Below, in pieces: positions 14,101 to 29,779 of a stretch of DNA of 64,000 bases (its first letter is position 1; every line of letters starts with the position of its first letter). The notes under the pieces are model-generated. The model did no database searches, was not told the DNA's origin, and saw only the letters and a list, made by a program, of their open reading frames with translations. The stretch covers positions 30,566,001 through 30,630,000 of the forward strand of contig OZ024744.1 in the NCBI GenBank assembly GCA_964016885.1, in the 5' to 3' direction. Origin of the DNA: Eledone cirrhosa (lineage: Eukaryota). The translations under genes were made by a program, and so were the position numbers.

Positions 14101-17100
14101 AGAATCCTGATGATTTCTAAAGAATGAAACAGTTCTAGTCCTGTAGAATCTCATCTATATTAAAATTTTTGGATACACAGATTCCTGATGATTTCTAAAG
14201 AATGAAACAGTTCTAGTCCTTTAGAATCTCATCCATATTAAAATGTTTTGATACACAGATTCCTGATGATTTCTAAAGAATGAAACAGTTCTAGTCCTGT
14301 AGAATCTCATCTATATTAACATTTTTTGATACCCAGATTCCTGATGATTTCTAAAGAATGAAACAGTTCTAGTCCTGTAGAATCTCATCTATACTAACAT
14401 TTTTTGATACCCAGATTCCTGGTGATTTCTAAAGAATGAAACAGTTCTAGTCCTGTAGAATCTCATCTATATTAAACATTTTTGATACCCAGATTCCTGA
14501 TGATTTCTAAAGAATGAAACAGTTCTAGTCCTGTAGAATCTCATCTATATTAAAACTTTTGATACCCAGATTCCTGATGATTTCTAAAGAATGAAACAGT
14601 TCTAGTCCTGTAGAATCTCATGTATATTAAAAATGTTTGATACCCAGATTGCTGATGATTTCTAAAGAATGAAACAGTTCTAGTCCTGTAGAATCTCATC
14701 TATATTAAAATTTGTTGATACCCAGATTCCTGATGATTTCTAAAGAATGAAACAGTTCTAGTCCTGTAGAATCTCATCTATATTAACATTTTTTGATACC
14801 CAGATTCCTGCTGATTTCTAAAGAATGAAACAGTTCTAGTCCTTTAGAATCTCATGCATATTAAAATTTTTTGATGCCCAGATTCCTGATAATTTCTAAA
14901 GAATGAAACAGTTCTAGTCCTGTAGAATCTCATCTATATTAAAATTTGTTGATACCCAGATTCCTCATAATTTCTAAAGAATGAAACAGTTCTAGTCCTG
15001 TAGAATCTCATCTATATTAAAAAATTTTGATACCCAGATTCCTGATGATTTCTAAAGAATGAAATAGTTCTCGTCCTGTAGAATCTCATCTATATTAACA
15101 TTTTTTGATACACAGATTCCTGATGATTTCTAAAGAATGAAACAGTTCTAGTCCTGTAGAATCTCATCTATATTAACATTTTTGGATAACCAGATTCCTG
15201 ATGATTTCTAAAGAATGAAACAGTTCTAGTCCTTTAGAATCTCATCCATATTAAAATTTTTTGATACCCAGATTCCTGATGATTTCTAAAGAATGAAACA
15301 GTTCTAGTCCTGTAGAATCTCATGTATATTAAAATTTTTTGATACCCAGATTCCTGATGATTTCTAAAGAATGACACAGTTCTAGTCCTCGAGAATCTCA
15401 GCTATACAAAAATTTTTTGATACCCAGATTCCTGGTGATTTCTAAAGAATGAAACAGTTCTAGTCCTGTAGAATCTCATCTATATTAAAAATTTTTGATA
15501 CCCAGATTCCTGATGATTTCTAAAGAATGAAGCAGTTCTAGTCATGTAGAATCTCATATATATTAACATTTTTTGACACCCAGATTCCTGATGATTTCTA
15601 AAGAATGAAACAGTCCTAGTCGTGTAGAATCTCATCTATATTAAACATTTGTGATTCCCAGATTCCTGATGATTTCTAAAGAATGAAACAGTTCTCGTCC
15701 TGTAGAATCTCATCTATATCAAAAAATTTTGATACCCAGATTCCTGATGTTTTCTAAAGAATGAAACAGTTCTAGTCCTGTAGAATATCATCTATATTAA
15801 AATTTTTTGATACCCAGTTTCCTGATGATTTCTAATGAATGAAACAGTTCTAGTCCTGTAGAATCTCATCTATATTAACATTTTTTGACACCCAGATTCC
15901 TGATGATTTCTAAAGAATGAAACAGTTGTAGTTCAGTAGAATCTCATCTATATTAACACTTTTTGATACCCAGATTCCTGATGATTTCTAAAGAATGAAG
16001 CAGTTCTAGTCCTGTAGAATCTCATATATATTAACATTTTTTGACACCCAGATTCCTGATGATTTCTAAAGAATGAAACAGTTCTAGTCCTGTAGAATAT
16101 CATCTATATTAAAATTTTTTGATACCCAGTTTCCTGATGATTTCTAATGAATGAAACAGTTCTAGACCTGTAGAATCTCATGTATATTAAAATTTTTTGA
16201 TACCCAGATTCCTGATGATTTCTAAAGAATGAAACAGTTCTAGTCCTGTAGAATCTCATCTATATAAATATTTTTTGATACCCCACAGATTCCTGATGAT
16301 TTCTAAAGAATGAAACAGTTCTAGTCCTGTAGAATCTCATCTATATTAACATTTTTTGATACCCAGATTCCCAATATTTCTAAAGAATGAAACGGTTCTA
16401 GTCCTGTAGAATCTCATCTATATTAAAAATGTTTGATACCCAGATTCCTGATGATTTCTAAAGAATGAAACAGTTCTAGTCCTGTAGAATCTCATCTATA
16501 TTAAAATTTGTTGATACCCAGATTCCTGATGATTTCTAAAGAATGAAACAGTTCTAGTCCTCTAGAATCTCATCTATATTAACATTTTTTGACGCCCAGA
16601 ATCCTGATGATTTCTAAAGAATGAAACAGTTCTAGTCCTGTAGAATCTCATCTATATTAAAATTTTTGGATACACAGATTCCTGATGATTTCTAAAGAAT
16701 GAAACAGTTCTAGTCCTTTAGAATCTCATCCATATTAAAATGTTTTGATACACAGATTCCTGATGATTTCTAAAGAATGAAACAGTTCTAGTCCTGTAGA
16801 ATCTCATCTATATTAACATTTTTTGATACCCAGATTCCTGATGATTTCTAAAGAATGAAACAGTTCTAGTCCTGTAGAATCTCATCTATACTAACATTTT
16901 TTGATACCCAGATTCCTGGTGATTTCTAAAGAATGAAACAGTTCTAGTCCTGTAGAATCTCATCTATATTAAACATTTTTGATACCCAGATTCCTGATGA
17001 TTTCTAAAGAATGAAACAGTTCTAGTCCTGTAGAATCTCATCTATATTAAAACTTTTGATACCCAGATTCCTGATGATTTCTAAAGAATGAAACAGTTCT

Positions 17101-18900
17101 AGTCCTGTAGAATCTCATCTATATTAACATTTTTGGATACCCAGATTCCTGATGATTTCTAAAGAATGAAACAGTTCTAGTCCTGTATAATCTCATGTAT
17201 ATTAAAAATGTTTGATACCCAGATTGCTGATGATTTCTAAAGAATGAAACAGTTCTAGTCCTGTAGAATCTCATCTATATTAAAATTTGTTGATACCCAG
17301 ATTCCTGATGATTTCTAAAGAATGAAACAGTTCTAGTCCTGTAGAATCTCATCTATATTAACATTTTTTGATACCCAGATTCCTGCTGATTTCTAAAGAA
17401 TGAAACAGTTCTAGTCCTTTAGAATCTCATGCATATTAAAATTTTTTGATGCCCAGATTCCTGATAATTTCTAAAGAATGAAACAGTTCTAGTCCTGTAG
17501 AATCTCATCTATATTAAAATTTGTTGATACCCAGATTCCTCATAATTTCTAAAGAATGAAACAGTTCTAGTCCCGTAGAATCTCATCTATATTAAAAAAT
17601 TTTGATACCCAGATTCCTGATGATTTCTAAAGAATGAAATAGTTCTCGTCCTGTAGAATCTCATCTATATTAACATTTTTTGATACACAGATTCCTGATG
17701 ATTTCTAAAGAATGAAACAGTTCTAGTCCTGTAGAATCTCATCTATATTAACATTTTTTGATACCCAGATTCCTGATGATTTCTAAAGAATGAAACAGTT
17801 CTAGTCCTGTAGAATCTCATCTATATTAACATTTTTTGATACCCAGATGTCTGATGAATTCTAAAGAATGAAACAGTTCTAGTCCTGTAGAATCTCATCT
17901 ATATTAATATTTTTTGAGACCCAGATGCCTGACGATTTCTAAAGAATGAAACAGTTCTAGTCCTCTAGAATCTCATCTATATTAACATTTTTTGACACAC
18001 AGATTCCTGATGATTTCTAAAGAATGAAACAGTTCTAGTCCTGTAGAATCTCATCTATATTAAAAATTTTTGATACCCAGATTCCTGATGATTTCTAAAG
18101 AATGAAGCAGTTCTAGTCCTGTAGAATCTCATATATATTAACATTTTTTGACACCCAGATTCCTGATGATTTCTAAAGAATGAAACAGTCCTAGTCGTGT
18201 AGAATCTCATCTATATTAAACATTTGTGATTCCCAGATTCCTGATGATTTCTAAAGAATGAAACAGTTCTCGTCCTGTAGAATCTCATCTATATTAAAAA
18301 ATTTTGATACCCAGATTCCTGATGTTTTCTAAAGAATGAAACAGTTCTAGTCCTGTAGAATATCATCTATATTAAAATTTTTTGATACCCAGTTTCCTGA
18401 TGATTTCTAATGAATGAAACAGTTCTAGTCCTGTAGAATCTCATCTATATTAACATTTTTTGACACCCAGATTCCTGATGATTTCTAAAGAATGAAACAG
18501 TTGTAGTTCAGTAGAATCTCATCTATATTAACACTTTTTGATACCCAGATTCCTGATGATTTCTAAAGAATGAAGCAGTTCTAGTCCTGTAGAATCTCAT
18601 ATATATTAACATTTTTTGACACCCAGATTCCTGATGATTTCTAAAGAATGAAACAGTTCTAGTCCTGTAGAATATCATCTATATTAAAATTTTTTGATAC
18701 CCAGTTTCCTGATGATTTCTAATGAATGAAACAGTTCTAGACCTGTAGAATCTCATGTATATTAAAATTTTTTGATACCCAGATTCCTGATGATTTCTAA
18801 AGAATGAAACAGTTCTAGTCCTGTAGAATCTCATCTATATAAATATTTTTTGATACCCCACAGATTCCTGATGATTTCTAAAGAATGAAACAGTTCTAGT
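11089..18900. repeat. Three imperfect higher-order units of 30, 32 and 33 monomers
   Basis: The TAGTTCAGTA marker lies at 11089, 13431, 15929 and 18504 (spacings 2342, 2498, 2575). Each is followed by the same variants (GAAGCAG, GAATATCA, CAGTTTCC..CTAATG, CCCCACAG). Confidence 0.85.
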
Positions 18901-18959
18901 CCTGTAGAATCTCATCTATATAAACATTTTTTGATACCCAGATTCCTGATGATTTCTAA

Positions 18960-21900
18960 AGGATGAAACAGTTCTAGTCCTGTAGAATCTCATCTACATT
19001 AAAACTTTTGATACCCAGATTCCTGATGATTTCTAAAAAATGAAACAGTTCTAGTCCTGTAGAATCTCATCTATAATAAAATTTTTTGATACCCAGATTC
19101 CTGATAATTTCTAAAGAATGAAACAGTTCTAGTCCTGTAGAATCTCAACTATATTAAAATTTTTTGATACCCAGATTCCTGATGATTTCTAAAGAATGAA
19201 ACAGTTCTAGTCCTGTAGAATATCATCTATATTAACATTTTTTGATACCCAGATTCCTGATGATTTCCAAAGAATGAAACAGTTCTAGTCCTGTAGAATC
19301 TCATCTATATTAAAATTTGTTGATACCCAGATTCCTGATGATTTCTAAAGAATGAAACAGTTCTAGTCCTGTAGAATCTCATCTATATTAAAATTATTTG
19401 ATACCCAGATTTCTGATAATTTCTAAAGAATGAAACAGTTCTAGTCCTGTAGAATCTCATCTATATTAACATTTTTTGATACCCAGATTCCTGATGATTT
19501 CTAAAGAATGAAACAGTTCTAGTCCTGTAGAATCTCATCTATATTCAAAATGTTTGATACCCAGATTGCTGATGATTTCTAAAGAATGAAACAGTTCTAG
19601 TCCTGTAGAATCTCATCTATATTAAAATTTGTTGATTCCCAGATTCCTGATGATTTCTAAAGAATGAAACAGTTCTAGTCCTGTAGAATCTTATCTATAT
19701 TAAAATTTTTTTGATACCCAGATTCCTGATGATTTCTAAAGAATGAAACAGTTCTAGTCCTGTAGAATCTCATCTATATTAACATTTTTTGATACCCAGA
19801 TTCCTGATGATTTCTAAAGAATGAAACAGTTCTAGTCCTTTAGAATCTCATGCATATTAAAATTTTTTGATGCCCAGAGTCCTAATAATTTCTAAAGAAT
19901 GAAACAGTTCTAGTCCTGTAGAATCTCATCTATATTAAAATTTTTTGATACCCAGATTCCTCATAATTTCTAAAGAATGAAACAGTTCTAGTCCTGTAGA
20001 ATCTCATCTATATTAAAAAATTTTGCTACCCAGATTCCTGATGATTTCTAAAGAATGAAATAGTTCTCGTCCTGTAGAATCTCATCTATATTAACATTTT
20101 TTGATACACAGATTCCTGATGATTTCGAAAGAATGAAACAGTTCTAGTCCTGTAGAATCTCATCTATATTAACATTTTTTGATACCCAGATTCCTGATGA
20201 TTTCTAAAGAATGAAACAGTTCTAGTCCTCTAGAATCTCATCTATATTAACATTTTTTGACACACAGATTCCTGATGATTTCTAAAGAATGAAACAGTTC
20301 TATTCCTGTAGAATCTCATCTATACTAAAAATTTTTGATACCCAGATTCCTGGTGATTGCAAAAGAATGAAACAGTTCTAGTCCTCTAGAATCTCATCTA
20401 TATTAACATTTTTTGACACCCAGATTCCTGATGATTTCTAAAGAATGAAACAGTTCTAGTCCTGTAGAATCTCATCTATATTAAAATTTTTGGATACCCA
20501 GATTCCTGATGATTTCTAAAGAATGAAACAGTTCTAGTCCTTTAGAATCTCATCCATATTAAAATTTTTTGATACCCAGATTCCTGATGATTTCTAAAGA
20601 ATGAAACAGTTCTAGTCCTGTAGAATCTCATGTATATTAAAATTTTTTGATACCCAGATTCCTGATGATTTCTAAAGAATGAAACAGTTCTAGTCCTCGA
20701 GAATCTCAGCTATACAAAAATTTTTTGATACCCAGATTCCTGGTGATTTCTAAAGAATGAAACAGTTCTAGTCCTGTAGAATCTCATCTATATTAAAAAT
20801 TTTTGATACCCAGATTCCTGATGATTTCTAAAGAATGAAGCAGTTCTAGTCCTGTAGAACCTCATCTATATTAACATTTTTTGATACCCAGATTCCTGAT
20901 GATTTCTAAAGAATGAAACAGTTCTAGTCCTGTAGAATCTCATATATATTAACATTTTTTGACACCCAGATTCCTGATGATTTCTAAAGGATGAAACAGT
21001 TCTAGTCCTGTAGAATCTCATCTATATTAAAACTTTTGATACCCAGATTCCTGATGATTTCTAAAAAATGAAACAGTTCTAGTCCTGTAGAATCTCATCT
21101 ATAATAAAATTTTTTGATACCCAGATTCCTGATAATTTCTAAAGAATGAAACAGTTCTAGTCCTGTAGAATCTCAACTATATTAAAATTTTTTGATACCC
21201 AGATTCCTGATGATTTCTAAAGAATGAAACAGTTCTAGTCCTGTAGAATATCATCTATATTAACATTTTTTGATACCCAGATTCCTGATGATTTCCAAAG
21301 AATGAAACAGTTCTAGTCCTGTAGAATCTCATCTATATTAAAATTTGTTGATACCCAGATTCCTGATGATTTCTAAAGAATGAAACAGTTCTAGTCCTGT
21401 AGAATCTCATCTATATTAAAATTATTTGATACCCAGATTTCTGATAATTTCTAAAGAATGAAACAGTTCTAGTCCTGTAGAATCTCATCTATATTAACAT
21501 TTTTTGATACCCAGATTCCTGATGATTTCTAAAGAATGAAACAGTTCTAGTCCTGTAGAATCTCATCTATATTCAAAATGTTTGATACCCAGATTGCTGA
21601 TGATTTCTAAAGAATGAAACAGTTCTAGTCCTGTAGAATCTCATCTATATTAAAATTTGTTGATTCCCAGATTCCTGATGATTTCTAAAGAATGAAACAG
21701 TTCTAGTCCTGTAGAATCTTATCTATATTAAAATTTTTTTGATACCCAGATTCCTGATGATTTCTAAAGAATGAAACAGTTCTAGTCCTGTAGAATCTCA
21801 TCTATATTAACATTTTTTGATACCCAGATTCCTGATGATTTCTAAAGAATGAAACAGTTCTAGTCCTTTAGAATCTCATGCATATTAAAATTTTTTGATG

Positions 21901-23090
21901 CCCAGAGTCCTAATAATTTCTAAAGAATGAAACAGTTCTAGTCCTGTAGAATCTCATCTATATTAAAATTTTTTGATACCCAGATTCCTCATAATTTCTA
22001 AAGAATGAAACAGTTCTAGTCCTGTAGAATCTCATCTATATTAAAAAATTTTGCTACCCAGATTCCTGATGATTTCTAAAGAATGAAATAGTTCTCGTCC
22101 TGTAGAATCTCATCTATATTAACATTTTTTGATACACAGATTCCTGATGATTTCGAAAGAATGAAACAGTTCTAGTCCTGTAGAATCTCATCTATATTAA
22201 CATTTTTTGATACCCAGATTCCTGATGATTTCTAAAGAATGAAACAGTTCTAGTCCTCTAGAATCTCATCTATATTAACATTTTTTGACACACAGATTCC
22301 TGATGATTTCTAAAGAATGAAACAGTTCTATTCCTGTAGAATCTCATCTATACTAAAAATTTTTGATACCCAGATTCCTGGTGATTTCAAAAGAATGAAA
22401 CAGTTCTAGTCCTCTAGAATCTCATCTATATTAACATTTTTTGACACCCAGATTCCTGATGATTTCTAAAGAATGAAACAGTTCTAGTCCTGTAGAATCT
22501 CATCTATATTAAAATTTTTGGATACCCAGATTCCTGATGATTTCTAAAGAATGAAACAGTTCTAGTCCTTTAGAATCTCATCCATATTAAAATTTTTTGA
22601 TACCCAGATTCCTGATGATTTCTAAAGAATGAAACAGTTCTAGTCCTGTAGAATCTCATGTATATTAAAATTTTTTGATACCCAGATTCCTGATGATTTC
22701 TAAAGAATGAAACAGTTCTAGTCCTCGAGAATCTCAGCTATACAAAAATTTTTTGATACCCAGATTCCTGGTGATTTCTAAAGAATGAAACAGTTCTAGT
22801 CCTGTAGAATCTCATCTATATTAAAAATTTTTGATACCCAGATTCCTGATGATTTCTAAAGAATGAAGCAGTTCTAGTCCTGTAGAACCTCATCTATATT
22901 AACATTTTTTGATACCCAGATTCCTGATGATTTCTAAAGAATGAAACAGTTCTAGTCCTGTAGAATCTCATATATATTAACATTTTTTGACACCCAGATT
23001 CCTGATGATTTCTAAAGGATGAAACAGTTCTAGTCCTGTAGAATCTCATCTATATTAAAACTTTTGATACCCAGATTCCTGATGATTTCT
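18960..23090. repeat. Tandem block duplication, period 2028 bp (26 monomers)
   Basis: The AAAGGATG marker (GG) lies at 18961, 20989 and 23017. CAGAGTCCTAATAA, TTTCGAAAG and CTATTCC recur at +2028. Confidence 0.92.
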
Positions 23091-26000
23091 AAAAAATGAA
23101 ACAGTTCTAGTCCTGTAGAATCTCATCTATATTAAAATTTTTTGATACCCAGATTCCTGATAATTTCTAAAGAATGAAACAGTTCTAGTCCTGTAGAATC
23201 TCATCTATATTAACATTTTTTGATACCCAGATTCCTGATGATTTCCAAAGAATGAAATAGTTCTAGTCCTGTAGAATCTCATCTATATTAAAATTTGTTG
23301 ATACCCAGATTCCTGATGATTTCTAAAGAATGAAACAGTTCTAGTCCTGTAGAATCTCATCTATATTAAAATTTTTTGATACCCATATTTCTGATAATTT
23401 CTAAAGAATGAAACAGTTCTAGTCCTGTAGAATCTCATCTATATTAACATTTTTTGATACCCAGATTCCTGATGATTTCTAAAGAATGAAACAGTTCTAG
23501 TCCTGTAGAATCTCATCTATATTAAAAATGTTTGATACCCAGATTGCTGATGATTTCTAAAGAATGAAACAGTTCTAGTCCTGTAGAATCTCATCTATAT
23601 TAAAATTTGTTGATACCAGATTCCTGATGATTTCTAAAGAATGAAACAGTTCTAGTCCTGTAGAATCTCATCTATATTAACATTTTTTGATACCCAGATG
23701 TCTGATGAATTCTAAAGAATGAAACAGTTCTAGTCCTGTAGAATCTCATCTATATTAAATTTTGAGAACCAGATTCCTGACGATTTCTAAAGAATGAAAC
23801 AGTTCTAGTCCTGTAGAATCTCATCTATATAAACATTTTTTGATACCCAGATTCCTGATGATTTCTAAAGAATGAAACAGTTCTAGTCCTGTAGAATCTC
23901 ATCTATATTAACATTTTTTGATACCCAGATTCCTGATGATTTCTAAAGAATGAAACAGTTCTAGTCCTGTATAATCTCATGTATATTAAAAATGTTTGAT
24001 ACCCAGATTGCTGATGATTTCTAAACAATGAAACAGTTCTAGTCCTGTAGAATCTCATCTATATTAAAATTTGTTGATACCCAGATTCCTGATGATTTCT
24101 AAAGAATGAAACAGTTCTAGTCCTGTAGAATCTCATCTATATTAAAATTTGTTTGATACCCAGATTCCTGATGATTTCTAAAGAATGAAACAGTTCTAGT
24201 CCTGTAGAATCTCATCTATATTAACATTTTTTGATACCCAGATTCCTGATGATTTCTAAAGAATGAAACAGTTCTAGTCCTTTAGAATCTCATGCATATT
24301 AAAATTTTTTGATGCCCAGATTCCTGATAATTTCTAAAGAATGAAACAGTTCTAGTCCTGTAGAATCTCATCTATATTAAAATTTTTTGATACCCAGATT
24401 CCTGATGATTTTTAAAGAATGAAACAGTTCTCGTCCTGTAGAATCTCATCTATATTAACATTTTTTGATACACAGATTCCTGATGATTTCTAAAGAATGA
24501 AACAGTTCTAGTCCTGTAGAATCTCATCTATATTAACATTTTTTGATACCCAGATTCCTGATGATTTCTAAAGAATGAAACAGTTCTAGTCCTGTAGAAT
24601 CTCATCTATATTAATATTTTTTGAGACCCAGATGCCTGACGATTTCTAAAGAATGAAACAGTTCTAGTCCTCTAGAATCTCATCTATATTAACATTTTTT
24701 GACACACAGATTCCTGATGATTTCTAAAGAATGAAACAGTTCTAGTCCTGTAGAATCTCATCCATATTAAAATTTTTGGATACCCAGATTCCTGATGATT
24801 TCTAAAGAATGAAACAGTTCTAGTCCTCGAGAATCTCAGCTATACAAAAATTTTTTGATACCCAGATTCCTGATGATTTCTAAAGAATGAAACAGTTCTA
24901 GTCCTTTAGAATCTCATCCATATTAAAATTATTTGATACCCAGATTACTGATGATTTCTAAAGAATGAAACAGTTCTAGTCCTGTAGAATCTCATCTATA
25001 TTAAAATTTTTGGATACCCAGATTCCTGATGATTTCTAAAGAATGAAACAGTTCTAGTCCTTTAGAATCTCATCCATATTAAAATTTTTTGATACCCAGA
25101 TTCCTGATGATTTCTAAAGAATGAAACAGTTCTAGTCCTGTAGAATCTCATGTATATTAACATTTTTTGATACCCAGATTCCTGATGATTTCTAAAGAAT
25201 GAAACAGTTCTAGTCCTGTAGAATCTCATATATATTAACATTTTTTGACACCCAGATTCCTGATGATTTCTAAAGAATGAAACAGTCCTAGTCGTGTAGA
25301 ATCTCATCTATATTAAACATTTGTGATTCCCAGATTCCTGATGATTTCTAAAGAATGAAACAGTTCTCGTCCTGTAGAATCTCATCTATATTAAAAAATT
25401 TTGATACCCAGATTCCTGATGTTTTCTAAAGAATGAAACAGTTCTAGTCCTGTAGAATATCATCTATATTAAAATTTTTTGATACCCAGTTTCCTGATGA
25501 TTTCTAATGCATGAAACAGTTCTAGTCCTGTAGAATCTCATCTATATTAACATTTTTTGACACCCAGATTCCTGATGATTTCTAACGAGTGAAACAGTTC
25601 TAGTCCTGTAGAATCTCATCTATATCAAAATTTTTTGACACCCAGATTCCTGATGATTTCTAAAGAATGAAACAGTTGTAGTTCAGTAGAATCTCATCTA
25701 TATTAACACTTTTTGATACCCAGATTCATGATGATTTCTAAAGAATGAAACAGTTCTAGTCCTGTAGAATCTCATATATATTAACATTTTTTGACACCCA
25801 GATTCCTGATGATTTCTAAAGAATGAAACAGTCCTAGTCGTGTAGAATCTCATCTATATTAAACATTTGTGATTCCCAGATTCCTGATGATTTCTAAAAA
25901 ATGAAACAGTTCTAGTCCTGTAGAATCTCATCTATATTAAAATTTTTTGATACCCAGATTCCTGATAATTTCTAAAGAATGAAACAGTTCTAGTCCTGTA

Positions 26001-28690
26001 GAATCTCATCTATATTAACATTTTTTGATACCCAGATTCCTGATGATTTCCAAAGAATGAAATAGTTCTAGTCCTGTAGAATCTCATCTATATTAAAATT
26101 TGTTGATACCCAGATTCCTGATGATTTCTAAAGAATGAAACAGTTCTAGTCCTGTAGAATCTCATCTATATTAAAATTTTTTGATACCCATATTTCTGAT
26201 AATTTCTAAAGAATGAAACAGTTCTAGTCCTGTAGAATCTCATCTATATTAACATTTTTTGATACCCAGATTCCTGATGATTTCTAAAGAATGAAACAGT
26301 TCTAGTCCTGTAGAATCTCATCTATATTAAAAATGTTTGATACCCAGATTGCTGATGATTTCTAAAGAATGAAACAGTTCTAGTCCTGTAGAATCTCATC
26401 TATATTAAAATTTGTTGATACCAGATTCCTGATGATTTCTAAAGAATGAAACAGTTCTAGTCCTGTAGAATCTCATCTATATTAACATTTTTTGATACCC
26501 AGATGTCTGATGAATTCTAAAGAATGAAACAGTTCTAGTCCTGTAGAATCTCATCTATATTAAATTTTGAGAACCAGATTCCTGACGATTTCTAAAGAAT
26601 GAAACAGTTCTAGTCCTGTAGAATCTCATCTATATAAACATTTTTTGATACCCAGATTCCTGATGATTTCTAAAGAATGAAACAGTTCTAGTCCTGTAGA
26701 ATCTCATCTATATTAACATTTTTTGATACCCAGATTCCTGATGATTTCTAAAGAATGAAACAGTTCTAGTCCTGTATAATCTCATGTATATTAAAAATGT
26801 TTGATACCCAGATTGCTGATGATTTCTAAACAATGAAACAGTTCTAGTCCTGTAGAATCTCATCTATATTAAAATTTGTTGATACCCAGATTCCTGATGA
26901 TTTCTAAAGAATGAAACAGTTCTAGTCCTGTAGAATCTCATCTATATTAAAATTTGTTTGATACCCAGATTCCTGATGATTTCTAAAGAATGAAACAGTT
27001 CTAGTCCTGTAGAATCTCATCTATATTAACATTTTTTGATACCCAGATTCCTGATGATTTCTAAAGAATGAAACAGTTCTAGTCCTTTAGAATCTCATGC
27101 ATATTAAAATTTTTTGATGCCCAGATTCCTGATAATTTCTAAAGAATGAAACAGTTCTAGTCCTGTAGAATCTCATCTATATTAAAATTTTTTGATACCC
27201 AGATTCCTGATGATTTTTAAAGAATGAAACAGTTCTCGTCCTGTAGAATCTCATCTATATTAACATTTTTTGATACACAGATTCCTGATGATTTCTAAAG
27301 AATGAAACAGTTCTAGTCCTGTAGAATCTCATCTATATTAACATTTTTTGATACCCAGATTCCTGATGATTTCTAAAGAATGAAACAGTTCTAGTCCTGT
27401 AGAATCTCATCTATATTAATATTTTTTGAGACCCAGATGCCTGACGATTTCTAAAGAATGAAACAGTTCTAGTCCTCTAGAATCTCATCTATATTAACAT
27501 TTTTTGACACACAGATTCCTGATGATTTCTAAAGAATGAAACAGTTCTAGTCCTGTAGAATCTCATCCATATTAAAATTTTTGGATACCCAGATTCCTGA
27601 TGATTTCTAAAGAATGAAACAGTTCTAGTCCTCGAGAATCTCAGCTATACAAAAATTTTTTGATACCCAGATTCCTGATGATTTCTAAAGAATGAAACAG
27701 TTCTAGTCCTTTAGAATCTCATCCATATTAAAATTATTTGATACCCAGATTACTGATGATTTCTAAAGAATGAAACAGTTCTAGTCCTGTAGAATCTCAT
27801 CTATATTAAAATTTTTGGATACCCAGATTCCTGATGATTTCTAAAGAATGAAACAGTTCTAGTCCTTTAGAATCTCATCCATATTAAAATTTTTTGATAC
27901 CCAGATTCCTGATGATTTCTAAAGAATGAAACAGTTCTAGTCCTGTAGAATCTCATGTATATTAACATTTTTTGATACCCAGATTCCTGATGATTTCTAA
28001 AGAATGAAACAGTTCTAGTCCTGTAGAATCTCATATATATTAACATTTTTTGACACCCAGATTCCTGATGATTTCTAAAGAATGAAACAGTCCTAGTCGT
28101 GTAGAATCTCATCTATATTAAACATTTGTGATTCCCAGATTCCTGATGATTTCTAAAGAATGAAACAGTTCTCGTCCTGTAGAATCTCATCTATATTAAA
28201 AAATTTTGATACCCAGATTCCTGATGTTTTCTAAAGAATGAAACAGTTCTAGTCCTGTAGAATATCATCTATATTAAAATTTTTTGATACCCAGTTTCCT
28301 GATGATTTCTAATGCATGAAACAGTTCTAGTCCTGTAGAATCTCATCTATATTAACATTTTTTGACACCCAGATTCCTGATGATTTCTAACGAGTGAAAC
28401 AGTTCTAGTCCTGTAGAATCTCATCTATATCAAAATTTTTTGACACCCAGATTCCTGATGATTTCTAAAGAATGAAACAGTTGTAGTTCAGTAGAATCTC
28501 ATCTATATTAACACTTTTTGATACCCAGATTCATGATGATTTCTAAAGAATGAAACAGTTCTAGTCCTGTAGAATCTCATATATATTAACATTTTTTGAC
28601 ACCCAGATTCCTGATGATTTCTAAAGAATGAAACAGTCCTAGTCGTGTAGAATCTCATCTATATTAAACATTTGTGATTCCCAGATTCCT
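23080..28690. repeat. Tandem block duplication, period 2805 bp (36 monomers)
   Basis: Identical ORFs at 25062/27867 and AAAAAATG at 23091/25896. CCCATATTTC, GAGAACCAG, TAAACAATG and CTAATGCATG are shared. Confidence 0.93.
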
Positions 28691-29779
28691 GATGATTTCT
28701 AAAGAATGAAACAGTTCTCGTCCTGTAGAATCTCATCTATATTAAACAATTTTGATACCCAGATTCCTGATGTTTTCTAAAGAATGAAACAGTTCTAGTC
28801 CTGTAGAATATCATCTATATTAAAATTTTTTGATACCCAGTTTCCTGATGATTTCTAATGAATGAAACAGTTCTAGACCTGTAGAATCTGATGTATATTA
28901 AAATTTTTTGATACCCAGATTCCTGATGATTTCTAAAAAATGAAACAGTTCTAGTCCTGTAGAATCTCATCTATATTAAAACTTTTGATACCCAGATTCC
29001 TGATGATTTCTAAAGAATGAAACAGTTCTAGTCCTGTAGAATCTCAACTATATTAAAATGTTTTGATACCCAGATTCCTGATGATTTCTAAAGGATGAAA
29101 CAGTTCTAGTCCTGTAGAATCTCATCTATATTAAAACTTTTGATACCCAGATTCCTGATGATTTCTAAAAAATGAAACAGTTCTAGTCCTGTAGAATCTG
29201 AACTATATTAAAATTTTTTGATACCCAGATTCCTGATGATTTCTAAAGAATGAAACAGTTCTAGTCCTGTAGAATCTCATCTATATTAACATTTTTTGAT
29301 ACCCAGATTCCTGATGATTTCCAAAGAATGAAACAGTTCTAGTCCTGTAGAATCTCATCTATATTAAAATTTGTTGATACCCAGATTCCTGATGATTTCT
29401 AAAGAATGAAACAGTTCTAGTCCTGTAGAATCTCATCTATATTAAAATTTTTTGATACCCAGATTTCTGATAATTTCTAAAGAATGAAACAGTTCTAGTC
29501 CTGTAGAATCTCATCTATATTAACATTTTTTGATACCCAGATTCCTGATGATTTCTAAAGAATGAAACAGTTCTAGTCCTGTAGAATCTCATCTATATTC
29601 AAAATGTTTGATACCCAGATTGCTGATGATTTCTAAAGAATGAAACAGTTCTAGTCCTGTAGAATCTCATCTATATTAACATTTTTTGACACCCAGATTC
29701 CTGATGATTTCTAACGAGTGAAACAGTTCTAGTCCTGTAGAATCTCATCTATATCAAAATTTTTTGACACCCAGATTCC

